Shown: piece by piece, positions 31,234 to 32,000 of the stretch
Layout of the letters: each line of letters opens with the position of its first letter
Numbering within the stretch: position 1 is the first letter of the stretch
Assembly: GCF_000186885.1 (NCBI RefSeq)
Contig: NC_014972.1
Span: 3,060,001 to 3,092,000, forward strand
DNA length: 32,000 bases
DNA from: Desulfobulbus propionicus DSM 2032
GTDB taxonomy: Bacteria; Desulfobacterota; Desulfobulbia; Desulfobulbales; Desulfobulbaceae
Direction of reading: 5' to 3'
Translations under genes and position numbers: made by a program
Notes under the pieces: model-generated
Told to the model about the DNA's origin: nothing
What the model saw: only the letters and a program-made list of their open reading frames with translations
Databases searched by the model: none

Positions 31234-32000
31234 ATGGAAGGCCGTTTTGTGACATATTACCGAGTGAGTACAGCCAAGCAGGGCCGGTCCGGTTTGGGCC
31301 TGGAAGCGCAGAAAGAGACGGTGACCCGCTACCTGAATGGCGGTAACTGGGAAGTGGTTGGCACATATACCGAGGTGGAAAGCGGAAAGCGGGATGACCG
31401 GCCCGAACTGGAAAAGGCGATCAGGGATTGTAAGTTGAAAGGTGCCCGGCTGTTGGTGGCCAAGCTGGACCGACTGAGCCGTGACCTGCATTTCATTACC
31501 AGCTTGCAAAAGGCCGGTGTGCCCTTCACCGTTGCCGAGATGCCGGACGCAACAGAGTTGACCGTGCACATATACGCCGCCATGGCCGAACATGAACGCA
31601 AGGTTATTTCCCAGCGCACCAGGGCCGCCTTACAGGCCGCCAAGGCAAAAGGAAAGAAGCTGGGGAACCCCTGCTTACAGCGTGGCGAGCAGATACCCGG
31701 CAGCGGTGCCCCTAAGAACGCCAACAAGGCCCGGATTGAGAAGGCCGACGACTTCGCCCGACAGATGGCCCAGATCATCCAGGAAATGCGCTCTGAGGGT
31801 GATTCACTCCGGGATATAGCCGACAGTTTGAATAATGCTGGGTACAGGACCGCACGGGGAAAGGAATGGCAGGCAGCCAGCGTGAAGCGTGTTCTTGACA
31901 GGGTGACACCGAGGGAACCCGAAATGAAAATGATTGTTATGGGTGATGCTGCACCAAAGTCTTTTGACGGAACCACCCCAAAAACCCATAACCTTCTTGA
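31234..32000 (+). CDS. Serine recombinase (resolvase/invertase family), 3' end beyond window
   Basis: MEGRFVTYYRVSTAKQGRSGLGLEAQ (catalytic Ser), LLVAKLDRLSRD, YAAMAEHERKVISQRTRAAL; C-terminal HTH-like SEGDSLRDIADSLNNAGYRTARGKEWQ. Omitted from the ORF track because no stop is reached. Confidence 0.92.
   Translation, partial: MEGRFVTYYRVSTAKQGRSGLGLEAQKETVTRYLNGGNWEVVGTYTEVESGKRDDRPELEKAIRDCKLKGARLLVAKLDRLSRDLHFITSLQKAGVPFTVAEMPDATELTVHIYAAMAEHERKVISQRTRAALQAAKAKGKKLGNPCLQRGEQIPGSGAPKNANKARIEKADDFARQMAQIIQEMRSEGDSLRDIADSLNNAGYRTARGKEWQAASVKRVLDRVTPREPEMKMIVMGDAAPKSFDGTTPKTHNLL

Larger units (their letters stand above)
27600..32000. mobile_element. Integrated plasmid/phage-satellite-like element (left part; right end outside window, left boundary only approximate)
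   Basis: AT-richer DNA; small unknown ORFs, HTH protein, HUH Rep, serine recombinase, iteron-like repeats, antisense-RNA-type replication control. Confidence 0.7.

Noticed and set aside
31329-31976. 215-aa minus-strand ORF opposite the recombinase
   Set aside because: The plus frame encodes an unambiguous serine recombinase; the minus ORF is its shadow.

Overview
Window from a GC-rich, probably Desulfobulbaceae-like (Desulfobacterota) chromosome; the taxon is inferred from protein flavour only. It runs from a chromosomal part into an AT-richer accessory element at the right end. (1) 1-7114, minus strand: a compact type-II fatty-acid-like cluster (KAS, ACP, two CrtI/phytoene-desaturase-like FAD oxidoreductases, FabG, FabZ, FabI-like), interrupted by an unrelated hypothetical gene and lying directly downstream of alaS; then acs. 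(2) 14369-21999, plus strand: a tight GGDEF/EAL - LetA - LetB (7 MCE repeats) - HAD operon. (3) 22018-27149, minus strand: a GH1 / SbmA-YddA-like ABC protein / GH5 / EEP-phosphatase locus, in which the ABC nucleotide-binding domain is visibly degenerate. (4) ~27500-32000 (runs off the window): a plasmid- or phage-satellite-like element with small unknown ORFs, a HTH protein, a HUH rolling-circle-type Rep and a serine recombinase. The most interesting signal is in the rep leader (30002-30242). There, a minus-strand promoter (TTGACA-N17-TATTGT) and a terminator hairpin define a ~58-nt antisense RNA. The sense loop of that hairpin carries the 5'-UUGGCG-3' motif known from IncB/IncI-type plasmid copy control. 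The same loop can pair over 9 contiguous positions with the sequence just before the SD-less rep start, and a 38-codon leader ORF ends 13 nt before rep. This looks like an independently arranged RepY/RepZ-like antisense and pseudoknot switch controlling a HUH Rep.
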